In this document: positions 26,407-36,821 of the stretch, piece after piece
How the letters are laid out: each line of letters begins with the position of its first letter
How positions within the stretch are numbered: position 1 is the first letter of the stretch
IMG/VR virus record: IMGVR_UViG_2654587994_000003
Coordinates: 32,001 to 96,000 of that record
DNA: 64,000 nt
From: a virus
Lineage: Duplodnaviria; Caudoviricetes
Strand: one strand, 5' to 3'
Translations under genes and position numbers: made by a program
The notes under the pieces: model-generated
Told to the model about the DNA's origin: nothing
The model's database searches: none
Seen by the model: only the letters and a program-made list of their open reading frames with translations

Positions 26407-27923
26407 GGCGCCAGTCCTATTGCTATCCAGTCGACTCTGGCCGCTCCAGACCCGAACGCGGCACCAGTAGACCCAATCTTGCAGGAAACTATTACCCCGG
26501 TTGCCTGAGGCCAGGGGCTTGTTCTGTATTGAGATAAAACAAGATTACCTCCAGCCGTTGCACTTTCCCCATTCCAGCAAACAAAGTTGTAAGACGATGA
26601 TGAGGAAAACGCGGTTGGAAACGTAACGATTCCATTTCCTGCGCCATCGGTTGTTATTACGGTCGTTCCCCACTGCATCAACCGGCCGTTCGGCAGCTTT
26701 GTCCAGCCTGTGCCTGATGTCGCCCCCATGGTTGCAAACATCGTCGCGCCATCAGCGTCATCGAGCAGCGAGCGCGCCAATGCCGTGAGATCGGTCAACG
26801 ATGCTGCACCAGCTCCTGTGAAATACGGAAGCTTGTTGGCGGCGGGCGTCAAAGCATGAAGAGCAGCAATCGCACCGGTGATAGCCTTGATGAGCTTCCC
26901 AGTGGTCGTGTCGAACGCCACAGGGAAATTGTCGACCGCACTTGACGGCCCGACAACATCACCCGTGCCCGACCCATCCGTGCCTTTGCGCGCCAGCAGA
27001 CGCCAGTAGGCATTACTCTCGGTCGGCAAGGTCGGAGGCGCATTGCCCGTGGTCGGCTGGAGCGCAATCCACGTGGAGCCGTTATTGAGAACGATATCAT
27101 TCGCAGCATAAGCCGTCGCAGCACTGTACGCGCCGCGATCCACCACGCCCTGAGTGCCGGAGCGAGCGAACAGCAGCCATTGTGTGTTCTCGGTTGTCGG
27201 AATCGTCGGCGGCGCGTTGCCCGTCGTGGCAACCTTGGCGATCCACGTCGATCCGCCATACTGCACGATATCGCGGATAGCGTAGGCCGTGCCTGCGCTA
27301 TAGTTGCCGCGCTGATTAACGCCAGCAGGACCGACAGGACCAGTGATATAGGACGGCGCACTCCAGTCACCCGACGTGGCCGAGTTCTTGAAATAGAGCG
27401 CAGACCGGCCGTCTCCAATGTCGATAACGAGAACGGAGAAGCCAGCGGCAGCGCCGTTGTATGCCGCCCTGCCCGCAAGGTTCGCCACCCAAGCATCATA
27501 CTGAACGCCCTGAACCAGAGCCGCCTTGTTGATCGTGCCAAACACACCCGGTCCAATGCCAATCGGAATATCATCGGTGCCAACCGAGATTTCAGACAGG
27601 CTGTCGAGGTTGCCATTCGACAACGAAGCCAGCAGCCGGCGCATGGCCTCGACTGCGGCAATCGTTGGCGAGGTCAGTTCGACCTTGTAAGGCGCGTCCG
27701 TCTGCGCAGGACCGGGCCAATCATCAGCAAGCAACAGTTCCGTATCGCTGATGATCTGCTCGATAACGATCGGGCGGCCGACATGAATGCCAAACTTGTC
27801 TCCAACCTTGATCGGCGTCAGACCAGCAACTTCCGTCAGCCAGCCCGTATCCGTGCCGGTGACAGTGCGAGAGCCGACAGCAACGGTAGCCGTACCGTCG
27901 CCGTACCATGTGGTGTTAGCCAT
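26403..27923 (-). CDS. Tail fibre protein
   Basis: GPVGP collagen-like linker, two 58-aa repeats, ANKLPYFTG, C-terminal gp53-like GWTKLPNG..QWG. Confidence 0.85.
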   Translation of the reverse strand: MANTTWYGDGTATVAVGSRTVTGTDTGWLTEVAGLTPIKVGDKFGIHVGRPIVIEQIISDTELLLADDWPGPAQTDAPYKVELTSPTIAAVEAMRRLLASLSNGNLDSLSEISVGTDDIPIGIGPGVFGTINKAALVQGVQYDAWVANLAGRAAYNGAAAGFSVLVIDIGDGRSALYFKNSATSGDWSAPSYITGPVGPAGVNQRGNYSAGTAYAIRDIVQYGGSTWIAKVATTGNAPPTIPTTENTQWLLFARSGTQGVVDRGAYSAATAYAANDIVLNNGSTWIALQPTTGNAPPTLPTESNAYWRLLARKGTDGSGTGDVVGPSSAVDNFPVAFDTTTGKLIKAITGAIAALHALTPAANKLPYFTGAGAASLTDLTALARSLLDDADGATMFATMGATSGTGWTKLPNGRLMQWGTTVITTDGAGNGIVTFPTAFSSSSSYNFVCWNGESATAGGNLVLSQYRTSPWPQATGVIVSCKIGSTGAAFGSGAARVDWIAIGLAP

Positions 27924-28141
27924 TATTCGGACGCTCCGTTACCGGTGTCGACGGCGTCGCGCGCCAGGCGCAGATCGGCTTCAAGGCCGTTGATCTTGTC
28001 GAGGAGGGTTTTGTTTTCCTGCTTCTGCATTACGAGATGCTGAGCGAGCAGCAAGGTCCGCTGCTTCAGGAATTCTTCGCGCACTTCTGCTTCCTGCAGG
28101 GCGACGAGGGCGTCGACCTGCATCTGATTGCCGGTTGTCAT
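27923..28141 (-). CDS. Hypothetical tail-module protein
   Basis: Coupled between tail tip and tail fibre genes. Confidence 0.6.
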   Translation of the reverse strand: MTTGNQMQVDALVALQEAEVREEFLKQRTLLLAQHLVMQKQENKTLLDKINGLEADLRLARDAVDTGNGASE

Positions 28142-28143
28142 GA

Positions 28144-31011
28144 TTACCTCTTGAGGACCATTGCAATGATCTTGTTCGACTTGAACTTTAGGGACGATCC
28201 ACCCTGAAGCTGAAGCCTGTAGGTGGTCTGCGTTCGGCCAGAAGGAGGGTTATGTACAGCCATCCAACTGACAGGGCTCGACCCACCGCTTCCCTGCAGC
28301 GCCTCAAGGCCAGCGTTGCCTGTTTGGTCGCGAATGACGAACGACCACACTCTCGGCGTTCCACCGACATCGTCCAGCACATAGCTCTGACCAGTGACAA
28401 GTATCCTTGGGGAGCCTGCGCCATGGTTTATGGTTACATCGAGGTTGTAAAAGCTGGATCCATCGGACGTGATGTCACCCATCGTTGCGGTCTCGACGAC
28501 TGTGATCGCCCCTGGATCGATATTCGATGTGCCAACGGTCAGTGTGCCGATATAGGCCTCGGAGATGTTGACGTTTCCAAGCTCGCTCGAAAATGCCGAG
28601 AGCTTGTTCGCCCTGATATCGTTGGCGTAAAGCACACCGCCTTGTACGGTGAAGGGCTGCTTGATCACACTGCCGTCGTCGCTCGCTACAACAAACTGGC
28701 CAGCCTGAACAATGACGCGTGTTGGCAGAGCCGGATTGGCAGGAACATCAAGCAGCAACGATGCCGCGCGATATGCCCCATCATTGACTGCGGCCGTAAC
28801 GCCGTACCGAGCTGCATATCCTGATGGAGCCGCGATGGCAGCCCATGCCACATTGACGAAGGCTGAGCTGCCACCTAGCGCCGCCGTCAGTGTTTCGACC
28901 TTGCCTGCAACGGCCATGGTCTCATTCACGGCAAGTTGGATCTCTTCCTTGTATTCAGCGCGGGCCTCGCCGAGTTCGACAGACAGTTCTCTGGCAAGTT
29001 TGCGCGTGTCTTTGTACGCGACCGTTGCCAATTCCATCTGGGCGGCGATGAGGCCGTCGATGGCATCCTGTGCAGTTCGGGTGCTGTTGCGCAGCCAGCC
29101 CAGCGCCTCTTCAATGCCGGTCAGATCGATGTCAACAAACACATCCTTGTCAGAAAGCAGGATGTTCGGCGTGATGACGGGAATAAACCCAGACCACAAC
29201 ACCGGCCTGTCGCCGCCAGGAATGTATCGCCCACGGACGACGTAGCTTTCGGCCGGAAGGAGGCTTTGCGAGATAAGCATCGAGCCGACCTGCGGCTGGT
29301 CTGTGCGGCCTTCGGAGACCTTCTCCAGCGTGGCCTGTAGTCTCACCTCGTATTCGATGCCGATCACGTCATCGAGGCGCCCATCGCTGTTATCCCAGGT
29401 CAGCCGAATAGCGGGTCGGCGATCTTCACCAGAACTGTCTTTGACCGTGGCCGGCTCTGCGAACCAATCGACAATAGGCTGTGGCGTCGGGCGAATGACG
29501 CCAAGCTGACCGTCAACGGGCGGCTTGAACTCGGTATCGCTGCTCCAGTCGTAATCGGACGGGTCAACCTCAGTGATGTCTATCATCACATCGAGATTGG
29601 CGCGATCGGCAACGCCGTCGATCCGCATCAGCTTGGCGATGTAGCCGTTGCGCTCTGACGTCCACGAAAACACCGTTCCCGGTGTTGCGTAGGCCCAGAA
29701 CTTCGGCGGCAGGACAATAGTATGTCTGCGGAAGCGTCGAGCCTCCTCAAGCGCCGATTTCATCAAGCGCTGAACCTGCTCCGGATAGGGAACGAAGTTC
29801 AGGTCGACGTCGGCCATCAGGCGGCGGTTGCCGTCGATCGCTTCAAGGTCCGTCCGATAGAGCGGCGGTGCGGTTTTGGCGACCCAGCCATCTGACGGCG
29901 AAGGATAGTTTGCCGAAACCCCGTTGATGGTGTCCGCCAGCCCGAGGAATGGCGTGAACTCCTGCTCTTCCGTCGACAGGATATCATCGTCGGTGAAGGC
30001 AATAACGGGAGCGTCAGGTGCACCGGAGTGCAGATAGTAGACGCCACCGACTTCCGAAATCCTGCCTTGGCAAGCCGTCAGCAATGCTTCAACTGCGGAG
30101 GTCAGTGGCGCATCAACCTGAATTTCACCGCCGCTGCGGTAGGTGTTTACCCAGCCGGTCGACTCCAGTGTGCCGGCGCGATGCTTCTCGATCTGCGCAA
30201 TCCACGCTGCGGCAGGCAGGCGTGAAGAGGACAGGTTCTGGAGACCATAGAACCACTGACCGTTATAGGTGATGCCGCGCAGCAGATTGTATATCTGCAC
30301 CGCCGGCAAGAAGTCACCGTCGCCGCCCCAGGTCGAGGGATCGACCCAGCGATGACCGCCAACTCCGCCAACCGTGCTGTCTCGCGACGGGTCGTAAAGC
30401 CGCATGCCCTCAAGCACGAACTTGAAGGACGGCACGCCGGAGAACATGTTCTTCGAAACGCGAGCCGTGACGATCGCATAAGCAACGCCGCGCCCGATGC
30501 GATCCGGGTTCCACCACCTGTTGCCGTTCGAAACCGACGTGAACAGGAAGCTGTCAGCGGTCGTCTGCGTGCCGTCATAGAACTTGATCCAGAGGCTGTC
30601 CGGATACTCGTTGACCGCATAGCCGCGATCAGTCAGACCGCCGAGCGTCACGAGCTCGCCATTGACCCAAACCTCGGCAAGACCGCGAACGGGCAAATCC
30701 GACAGCGCGATAACCTGCGTCAGGTATGCGTTGGGAGTGTCGCCGTCCTGCCCCCAGGTGTTGACGAACACGAGGGAGCCAGCGGTAGCAGTGCGACCCA
30801 TGACGAAGGAGCGCGGAACATCGCCGCCGCCCTGCAGTGTGCCGTTAATCGAGAACGTCGGATCTTTGGGCTCGCCAGCGAGAGATTGCGCGAGAAGGCT
30901 GAGGCCAACGCCGACGGCGGTCTTCAGCAGGAACGCGCCTACTGCGCCAAGGCCGCCAATAAAACTCGATATCCCACCGATGATCGCAGTGGCGAGTGAA
31001 AAGATTGCCAT
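28144..31011 (-). CDS. Tail tip / host-specificity protein (gpJ-like)
   Basis: 955 aa, G...YDP.RDST.GG, FN3-like segment, DUF1983-like C-terminal region; position in the tail module. Confidence 0.85.
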   Translation of the reverse strand: MAIFSLATAIIGGISSFIGGLGAVGAFLLKTAVGVGLSLLAQSLAGEPKDPTFSINGTLQGGGDVPRSFVMGRTATAGSLVFVNTWGQDGDTPNAYLTQVIALSDLPVRGLAEVWVNGELVTLGGLTDRGYAVNEYPDSLWIKFYDGTQTTADSFLFTSVSNGNRWWNPDRIGRGVAYAIVTARVSKNMFSGVPSFKFVLEGMRLYDPSRDSTVGGVGGHRWVDPSTWGGDGDFLPAVQIYNLLRGITYNGQWFYGLQNLSSSRLPAAAWIAQIEKHRAGTLESTGWVNTYRSGGEIQVDAPLTSAVEALLTACQGRISEVGGVYYLHSGAPDAPVIAFTDDDILSTEEQEFTPFLGLADTINGVSANYPSPSDGWVAKTAPPLYRTDLEAIDGNRRLMADVDLNFVPYPEQVQRLMKSALEEARRFRRHTIVLPPKFWAYATPGTVFSWTSERNGYIAKLMRIDGVADRANLDVMIDITEVDPSDYDWSSDTEFKPPVDGQLGVIRPTPQPIVDWFAEPATVKDSSGEDRRPAIRLTWDNSDGRLDDVIGIEYEVRLQATLEKVSEGRTDQPQVGSMLISQSLLPAESYVVRGRYIPGGDRPVLWSGFIPVITPNILLSDKDVFVDIDLTGIEEALGWLRNSTRTAQDAIDGLIAAQMELATVAYKDTRKLARELSVELGEARAEYKEEIQLAVNETMAVAGKVETLTAALGGSSAFVNVAWAAIAAPSGYAARYGVTAAVNDGAYRAASLLLDVPANPALPTRVIVQAGQFVVASDDGSVIKQPFTVQGGVLYANDIRANKLSAFSSELGNVNISEAYIGTLTVGTSNIDPGAITVVETATMGDITSDGSSFYNLDVTINHGAGSPRILVTGQSYVLDDVGGTPRVWSFVIRDQTGNAGLEALQGSGGSSPVSWMAVHNPPSGRTQTTYRLQLQGGSSLKFKSNKIIAMVLKR

Positions 31012-31069
31012 CGATTTTCCTTGGGATGCGCGATGCGCGCGGGGCGCGGATGGCGCCGAAGGAATGCCG

Positions 31070-31498
31070 CTAGAGCGGCTTCATGAAATGTGTTTCGACA
31101 GCGCTGTAGCCGCGCCGCTCGTAAAGGCTGGAGACGTCGTTGGTCGCGAGCGAAGCCATGCCAGCGGAGACGCAGCCAACCGATCGCGCCCACGCTTCAT
31201 AAGCGTCGAGCATCCTGATCGCTCCCCGACCGCGTGCCGCTGGCGACACGAACCAGACCGTTTCCTTGGCAATGCGACCAGCGCCGAATGGGTGCTCGAA
31301 AGCACAGGCCATTAGGACGCCCTGCGCGGGCTTGCCAGCAACAAGAACGCAGGACGCTGGCGACGCCAGATGCTGCTGGAATAGCCGATCGGCGTAGGCT
31401 GCCTGGAATGGAAAGGTAAACCCGGCGGCTTCATGGCTCTCACGCAGGAGCGCCACAACACGGTCGCGGTCCTCAGCAATAGCGAAGCGGACGTCCAT
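31070..31498 (-). CDS. GNAT family acetyltransferase in tail module
   Basis: ETVWFVSP.ARGRG acetyl-CoA motif, LYERRGY; TGATG coupling with the HNH gene. Confidence 0.8.
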   Translation of the reverse strand: MDVRFAIAEDRDRVVALLRESHEAAGFTFPFQAAYADRLFQQHLASPASCVLVAGKPAQGVLMACAFEHPFGAGRIAKETVWFVSPAARGRGAIRMLDAYEAWARSVGCVSAGMASLATNDVSSLYERRGYSAVETHFMKPL

Positions 31499-32034
31499 CA
31501 CAGAGGGATCCAAGTTTTCATCCGTCTGATCATGCGAATGTTTGCTGACGTCACACCAAATCGGCGGGCCACATGCGGATTCGGTTCAGAAGACTCTCGG
31601 ATATCGTAAACATCATCCCAGGTCAGCTTTCGGAGGTGCGATCGTTCGCCCCTGTTATGAGTTCCATGGCACTCTCGGTCGCGCTGATTTTCGGCTGGAG
31701 TAGCCCAGCGCAAATTCTCGGGCGTATTGTTTGTAAAGTCCCCGTCATTGTGCGCGACCATACTCTTCTCAGGCGTCGGCTGCGGCCCATTAAACGCTGC
31801 GCAAACGAGCCTGTGGACATATCCCTTGAATGATCTACCCTCTGCTTGCATGCGGACCGTCGCGTACCCATCGCGATAATCAAACTTCATGATGGCACCG
31901 CGTCGGCGCACTGTCGTTGTCCGACCGTCGCCGTAATCTCGCGTTACCGTTCGATCTACGGAGCGAACACGCCCAAGGTTCGAAACCTCATAGAATCCTT
32001 CAAAGCCGCAGACCGGCAGCCAAGCCTCAGCCAT
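31498..32034 (-). CDS. NUMOD4-HNH homing endonuclease
   Basis: W.PV.GFEG.YEVSNLGRVRS (NUMOD4), VHRLV..AF, H.DG...NN...NL.W.T..EN (HNH_3). Confidence 0.92.
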   Translation of the reverse strand: MAEAWLPVCGFEGFYEVSNLGRVRSVDRTVTRDYGDGRTTTVRRRGAIMKFDYRDGYATVRMQAEGRSFKGYVHRLVCAAFNGPQPTPEKSMVAHNDGDFTNNTPENLRWATPAENQRDRECHGTHNRGERSHLRKLTWDDVYDIRESSEPNPHVARRFGVTSANIRMIRRMKTWIPL

Positions 32035-32046
32035 CCAGAAGCTCCT

Positions 32047-32715
32047 CTAAAATAGACCTAAAAATTTGCGGCGTTTCTTCGGCTGCGTCGCGACCTTGCC
32101 TTTTTCGGAGCCCCAGAAGAATTCCCACTCGGACGAGGTGTCAGCATCGGTGTAGAAAGCATCGCCAGCCTGCCGCAGCACCTGCGTGGCGTGACTGCGC
32201 GTCGACGGGTTGGAACGCGTCATCTCTTGAGTGTGGCTGGCGCAAACCATCGTCACGCTGCCTTCCTCATTCTCGGAAGGGGTGTTGATCGTGATTGTGT
32301 CGACGAACCCCACGAAGCGGCATTCCGCCGGCGCCACCATCTGGCGGCTGTCAGGATCGAACAGGCCTCGGTAGATCTCGACGCGGGCCTGACGGCAGTC
32401 ATACTGCCGCACCAGCGTCTGCACGTGCTCGCTGACCTGCGAGAGGCGGATATTGACGTTCTGCACTGAAAGGTTGGCAACGAGCGGAATGTCGTCGATC
32501 TGCACCAGCGTGCCGGAACCGTACCAGTCACGCGTAACCGGCAGTCCCGTGTCAGGGTGCACGATGGCCGCCGACACGTTGCCGACATCCGACCACATGC
32601 CGTCGGTGACTGGCGCACCAGTCGCGCGATCGCGCGCAACGAACCAGAGGAAGTCACGCGCCACCAGCTGCCGCGCCTCAAGCGCAGCAAGGTTTTCTGC
32701 TGAGATGTTTCTCAT
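32047..32715 (-). CDS. Minor tail protein (hub/gpL-like)
   Basis: Position after Dit; F.G.VD...I, R.....RS...Q......D.F...W pattern. Confidence 0.7.
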   Translation of the reverse strand: MRNISAENLAALEARQLVARDFLWFVARDRATGAPVTDGMWSDVGNVSAAIVHPDTGLPVTRDWYGSGTLVQIDDIPLVANLSVQNVNIRLSQVSEHVQTLVRQYDCRQARVEIYRGLFDPDSRQMVAPAECRFVGFVDTITINTPSENEEGSVTMVCASHTQEMTRSNPSTRSHATQVLRQAGDAFYTDADTSSEWEFFWGSEKGKVATQPKKRRKFLGLF

Positions 32716-32724
32716 TGATTTCCC

Positions 32725-33369
32725 TTAGCGGGCTTCGATCGCCTGAAACGTGACCGTGCCGCGACCGGTGGCCATGTCGGCTGTTGTCGAGATCGAGCCG
32801 GGCACGATCGCCATGATGCAGGAAGGCTTTACCAGCGTCGCCGCCACAGGCGCCGTGACACCAGGCCATAGATGCGGACGAACCTCAAACTGCGTTGTCA
32901 CTCCGCCTGCGCTGGCCGTCATAGGCTCCATCACCATATGCAGGTCTTTGTCGCCAATCTGGACGTAATCGCCTACCGAGACCTTGTAGCCAGCGGGAAG
33001 ACCCGACAGCGAGATTGCCTTGCGGTTACTCGCAATCGTAGCCACCTGCCCTACCCCGGCAAATGCGCTCCCGGTTGGCCAACTGCCATTCGGATAAGCC
33101 ACCGGGAAGCAGCGAGACTTCGGGAATGCGCGGAACGTCTTGAGCCCGTTTTCCAAGCTCGTCAGCCGCGCTCGCCAGTAATCCAGCTCGTTCGGCTTCA
33201 TCGAGCGCGATTGCGCCGTCATCTGCCAGAGCGGCGATCCCATGTCTTTGACCACCGTCTGGCCGCCTGCTGTGCGCGACTGCTCCTGCCGCCAGAGCAG
33301 ATTGAACTCTGTCGACCAGCCGGGGAACTCATCGAAAAACGAAGTTGGGAGCGGGTATGTGATTGTCAT
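32725..33369 (-). CDS. Distal tail (Dit-like) protein
   Basis: SRTAGG.T...D.G.PLW; position after the tape measure. Confidence 0.7.
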   Translation of the reverse strand: MTITYPLPTSFFDEFPGWSTEFNLLWRQEQSRTAGGQTVVKDMGSPLWQMTAQSRSMKPNELDYWRARLTSLENGLKTFRAFPKSRCFPVAYPNGSWPTGSAFAGVGQVATIASNRKAISLSGLPAGYKVSVGDYVQIGDKDLHMVMEPMTASAGGVTTQFEVRPHLWPGVTAPVAATLVKPSCIMAIVPGSISTTADMATGRGTVTFQAIEAR

Positions 33370-33731
33370 CAAGATCGCCTTGCGTTTCGACGCTGGGCGG
33401 ACGCAATTGCTTCCTCGACACGCTTCGCAAAAGTCGAATTCAATTCATCCAGCTTGCGGCGTAGTTCGGTCATCTGTTCGGCGCACGCTCCGCCCACATC
33501 ACATAATGATACGATCTTCACCGGCAGAGGCTCGACAACGTGCTCGGAGATAGCAACGGCCTCCATGATGATGAACGATTCGCCCGGCTCTAAGCGAGCG
33601 CGACGATCAGCCTCTTTTTTGGCTCCATCCAACTCGTAGTGGACAAAACTGTCAGAAGCATAGATTGCGTAACCATCATCCGCCACATACGGCTTGCCAA
33701 CGACAACGTAAGCTTTCATTGTGTTCCTCAT
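33369..33731 (-). CDS. Hypothetical protein inserted in the tail operon
   Basis: ORF coupled to Dit by TGATG; no motif recognised. Confidence 0.5.
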   Translation of the reverse strand: MRNTMKAYVVVGKPYVADDGYAIYASDSFVHYELDGAKKEADRRARLEPGESFIIMEAVAISEHVVEPLPVKIVSLCDVGGACAEQMTELRRKLDELNSTFAKRVEEAIASAQRRNARRS

Positions 33732-33753
33732 TCATCTTAAGGGGGAATTTTCG

Positions 33754-33909
33754 ATGTCGGTAAACAATCTGCGGTCTCTCGCACAATCAGCCGCTAATGC
33801 TGTTGAGCCCAAAAGCCGGGCGGCGGTGTATCAAGCGCTTGAAGCAATGGCGAAAGAGATCATCAAGCTCAGGAATGAACTTGATGATCTGAAAGCTAAA
33901 GTGGGCTAA
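33754..33909 (+). CDS. Small coiled-coil protein (antisense moron)
   Basis: SD AAGGGGG; 51 aa; abuts the tape measure stop. Confidence 0.45.
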   Translation: MSVNNLRSLAQSAANAVEPKSRAAVYQALEAMAKEIIKLRNELDDLKAKVG

Positions 33910-36255
33910 TCACCCCAACTTCACGTTTCGTTTCTGAGCAGACCGAACGGCCGCTTCAACACGGCTTTGGAGCTCGCCCTGCATCTTGGCCAGCGCCTTT
34001 TCCTGTCTCGCGACGGCTTCAACAGACGCGCCGCGATTGTCGACGACTGGATTGAAGTTGACGACGACACCGGCAGATTGCGCGGACATGGATCTCAAAC
34101 TCGGTACACTCGGGACCGAAATCCCGACCGGGCCGCCGTTGGCGTAGCCTTTACGGAGCGCTTCAACCGCCCCTACTCCACCGGCCCGCGCCACGTCGGC
34201 CTGGGACCACACGACTTCGCCTTTGTGCACGATGCCGGCAGGCTGATATTTGCCGCCCGGACCAGTGAAGCCGCCCTCTGAGAAGAGGCCGCCTGACAGC
34301 CCGGCGTAGCGAGATGCCCCACCGCCAAAAAGGCTGAACAGGCCACTCAATAAACCGCCACTGCCGCCAGCCGCACTGTTGACCTTGAAGATGCTATTGA
34401 GCACATCGTCCAGGAGCGCATCTGCGATGCGGCTGAGCGCGCCAGCAAATGCATCCGCGGCACTCTCACCATGGATCAAATCGTCGATGAAGCCGCGCGT
34501 TGCGTCTCTCGCGACGTTGTTCCACTCGTTCAGCTTCTGCTGTTCCTCTTGCGCTTTTCTAAGCGCCTCAGATTGCCGAGCATATGCAGCAGACTCCTGC
34601 TCTATTGCAGCTATCTTGTCGGGCGAAAGCTTGATGCTTTCGAGGTCTTTTTCGCCCTTCTTGCGAGCCTCTTCGCGAAGGTCGGCCAGCGCCTTCTGCT
34701 CCAGGTCTAGCGCTGTACGGCGCTTAACTTGAGCCTCATTGGACAAGCCAATAAGGTTCATTTCCTGGCGCAACGCCTCAGTCCTATCTCGGACAGCCTG
34801 AAGGTCTTCCGCGAAGCGGTCAGATGCGGTCTTTTTGGGAGCCCTTGGCCGCTTCGGCGTACCAAAGCCTCTGTTTTTGTCTGTGTCCAGATCGGATGGG
34901 CGGCGTTCTGGTGTGGGGCCGTTGTCCGGTAGGGGAAACTGCGTTCCTTGGATTGTGGCGTCCGCGCCGAACTGGGAATCCTGTTGGCCTGCTCCGCGCC
35001 ACGTCCTCGGATCATTGATCCTGGAGGTCGCAACAGAGGTGACCTCATTGACCTTTTGGACGCTATCCGCGGCAGTCAACGCTGCCGCAGACAGTGTGGA
35101 GAAGTATTTAGCGAACTCAGCGAGTGCAGGAATGCCAGTGCTGTTTATCGCCGCACTTAGAGCGGCCTGCACACGGTCGACATCTTCAGTCTGCGCCTTA
35201 CCTTCTTCGGCAGCCTTCGCGAAGTCATTGAATGCTGACTGGAGGTTCTTGATAACGTCAGCTTCTTCACCTGCAGACTGGAGTTGCGAAACTAGATCGG
35301 CAATGGTGGCACGCGTACTTTCAAGCTCTTTGCGAACGTCAGCGAGCGTATTGGTATTTACAATGTCGGCGCCCTTGGTGAGGTCGGCATTGTCCTGCGC
35401 TCGTTTCAGCTGGTCGGCGTAGTCGCGCAAAGCGGGAACGGCATCGCCCCAGCGTTCGGCGACCGCAGCAATCAGCGCAGCCTGCTCTTTGAGCACTTCG
35501 GCGGACTTATCGCCTTCGCTCATAATCGTCGAAAAGTACTGAAATGCCGCTGTGCCTGCGGCGATGACGCCAATCGTTACCAGCGACAACGGAGAAATCA
35601 CCGACGCGAAAGCAGCCGCAAGACCTTGGCCGACACCCTGCCCGCTATCCTTTATCTGCTGCAGGACGGCCGAAAGCTGGGTGCCCTGCTGCAGGGCGAT
35701 CTGAATGGGAGACATCCCCATCGCTGCGGTCACGCCGATGTCCTGGAACTGAGCGGCAATGTTTGCGGTATTGAAGCTGTTGCCGCTACTGGTAGTGACC
35801 GTAGCCTTTAGCGCTGCGTTGCGACCCTTAATGGCCGCGGTCGACGCAAGTGCCGCCTGTCGCTCCCTCTGAATCGCAGACGCCATCTCGTTGGCAGAAA
35901 TTGCGCCGGCGGCATGGGCCTGCCGAATTTCGGCGACCGCATTCTTATAATTCGAAATTGTTGCGAACAACGGGCTGTATTTGGCGCGGAGGCGATCAAG
36001 CTCTTTCTGCTGATCAGCAAGAACCCCGTTCCATTCTTTTGCTGCCGTCGTACCAATGCCCACCATGCTGTTGATGCGATCCTGCATCGAGGTGGTGAGG
36101 GAGTTGTTGATAGACTTACCGGTAGCGGCAAAACGTTTCTCAATGCCGTTGGATGCTGCGCCTACGTCCGACACCAGCCGATTTAGCGCACGCTTTACGG
36201 TTGCAAGATCGGTGCTGATTGAGATAATCAGATCATCACTGTTGTTGCCGGCCAA
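33910..36255 (-). CDS. Tail tape measure protein
   Basis: QFQDI......G.SP....LQQG.Q (TMP_2) and GGFTG.GGKY.PAGIVH.GE.V motifs; Ala-rich helical. Confidence 0.92.
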   Translation of the reverse strand: MAGNNSDDLIISISTDLATVKRALNRLVSDVGAASNGIEKRFAATGKSINNSLTTSMQDRINSMVGIGTTAAKEWNGVLADQQKELDRLRAKYSPLFATISNYKNAVAEIRQAHAAGAISANEMASAIQRERQAALASTAAIKGRNAALKATVTTSSGNSFNTANIAAQFQDIGVTAAMGMSPIQIALQQGTQLSAVLQQIKDSGQGVGQGLAAAFASVISPLSLVTIGVIAAGTAAFQYFSTIMSEGDKSAEVLKEQAALIAAVAERWGDAVPALRDYADQLKRAQDNADLTKGADIVNTNTLADVRKELESTRATIADLVSQLQSAGEEADVIKNLQSAFNDFAKAAEEGKAQTEDVDRVQAALSAAINSTGIPALAEFAKYFSTLSAAALTAADSVQKVNEVTSVATSRINDPRTWRGAGQQDSQFGADATIQGTQFPLPDNGPTPERRPSDLDTDKNRGFGTPKRPRAPKKTASDRFAEDLQAVRDRTEALRQEMNLIGLSNEAQVKRRTALDLEQKALADLREEARKKGEKDLESIKLSPDKIAAIEQESAAYARQSEALRKAQEEQQKLNEWNNVARDATRGFIDDLIHGESAADAFAGALSRIADALLDDVLNSIFKVNSAAGGSGGLLSGLFSLFGGGASRYAGLSGGLFSEGGFTGPGGKYQPAGIVHKGEVVWSQADVARAGGVGAVEALRKGYANGGPVGISVPSVPSLRSMSAQSAGVVVNFNPVVDNRGASVEAVARQEKALAKMQGELQSRVEAAVRSAQKRNVKLG

Positions 36256-36308
36256 GTCGGTGTCCTAACGTGAAAAAGCCCGCCAATGGCGAGCTGGGAG
36301 GCGATCCA

Positions 36309-36644
36309 ATGGATAACTGGTTGAAGGCGCTCGTTGCGTGCGCGTGCGTCGTCATCATTTCTGGCGGCGGCTATTATGCTTGGGGAGAGTACAGTGCCCA
36401 CCAACGCGAGAACGAACGGCGCGAGAAGTCTAACCGCGAAGCCTCACTTAAGAATCAGGCGACGCTATTAAAATCCAAATTTTCGGCAGCTGAGTGCATC
36501 AGGATGGCGAAAGAAACCCTGCCAGACAAAAAAGGCGAGCCGGTTAAGACGACAAAGTATAACGGCGACTTATCTATATGCGATGACCTCCAAATGTTCG
36601 ACCCGACATGGAGGCAAGCACTCGATATGGCTGGCGTGTTCTGA
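36309..36644 (+). CDS. Membrane-anchored hypothetical protein (moron)
   Basis: SD GGAGG; N-terminal TM; antisense to the tail operon. Confidence 0.65.
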   Translation: MDNWLKALVACACVVIISGGGYYAWGEYSAHQRENERREKSNREASLKNQATLLKSKFSAAECIRMAKETLPDKKGEPVKTTKYNGDLSICDDLQMFDPTWRQALDMAGVF

Positions 36645-36821
36645 TGGACAAGACGGCAAACTGTTGCCCGCCGTCAACTTGACCCATCCTGGGGGGACGC
36701 AACCCTATCTTCACTCCATGTTTTGCCATGGTGATCTTCGTCATTCGGGGCTCAACACAGAATCTGGCTAGACAACCCATCATTGAATTTTGCATCCTCG
36801 ACAAATGAATGGGGGCGCAAC

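Noticed and set aside
27092-27112. AANDI in the tail fibre as another ssrA-like motif
   Set aside because: It is not ANDN and aligns with AIRDI in the other copy of the 58-aa structural repeat.
24875-27923. Diversity-generating retroelement or invertible tail-fibre cassette
   Set aside because: No reverse transcriptase or invertase seen; the duplicated segment is only about 23 bp, in direct orientation, with synonymous differences.
31498-32034. Group I intron carrying the HNH gene
   Set aside because: Flanking genes are intact and abut the ORF (12-bp gap and TGATG overlap), leaving no room for a ribozyme core.
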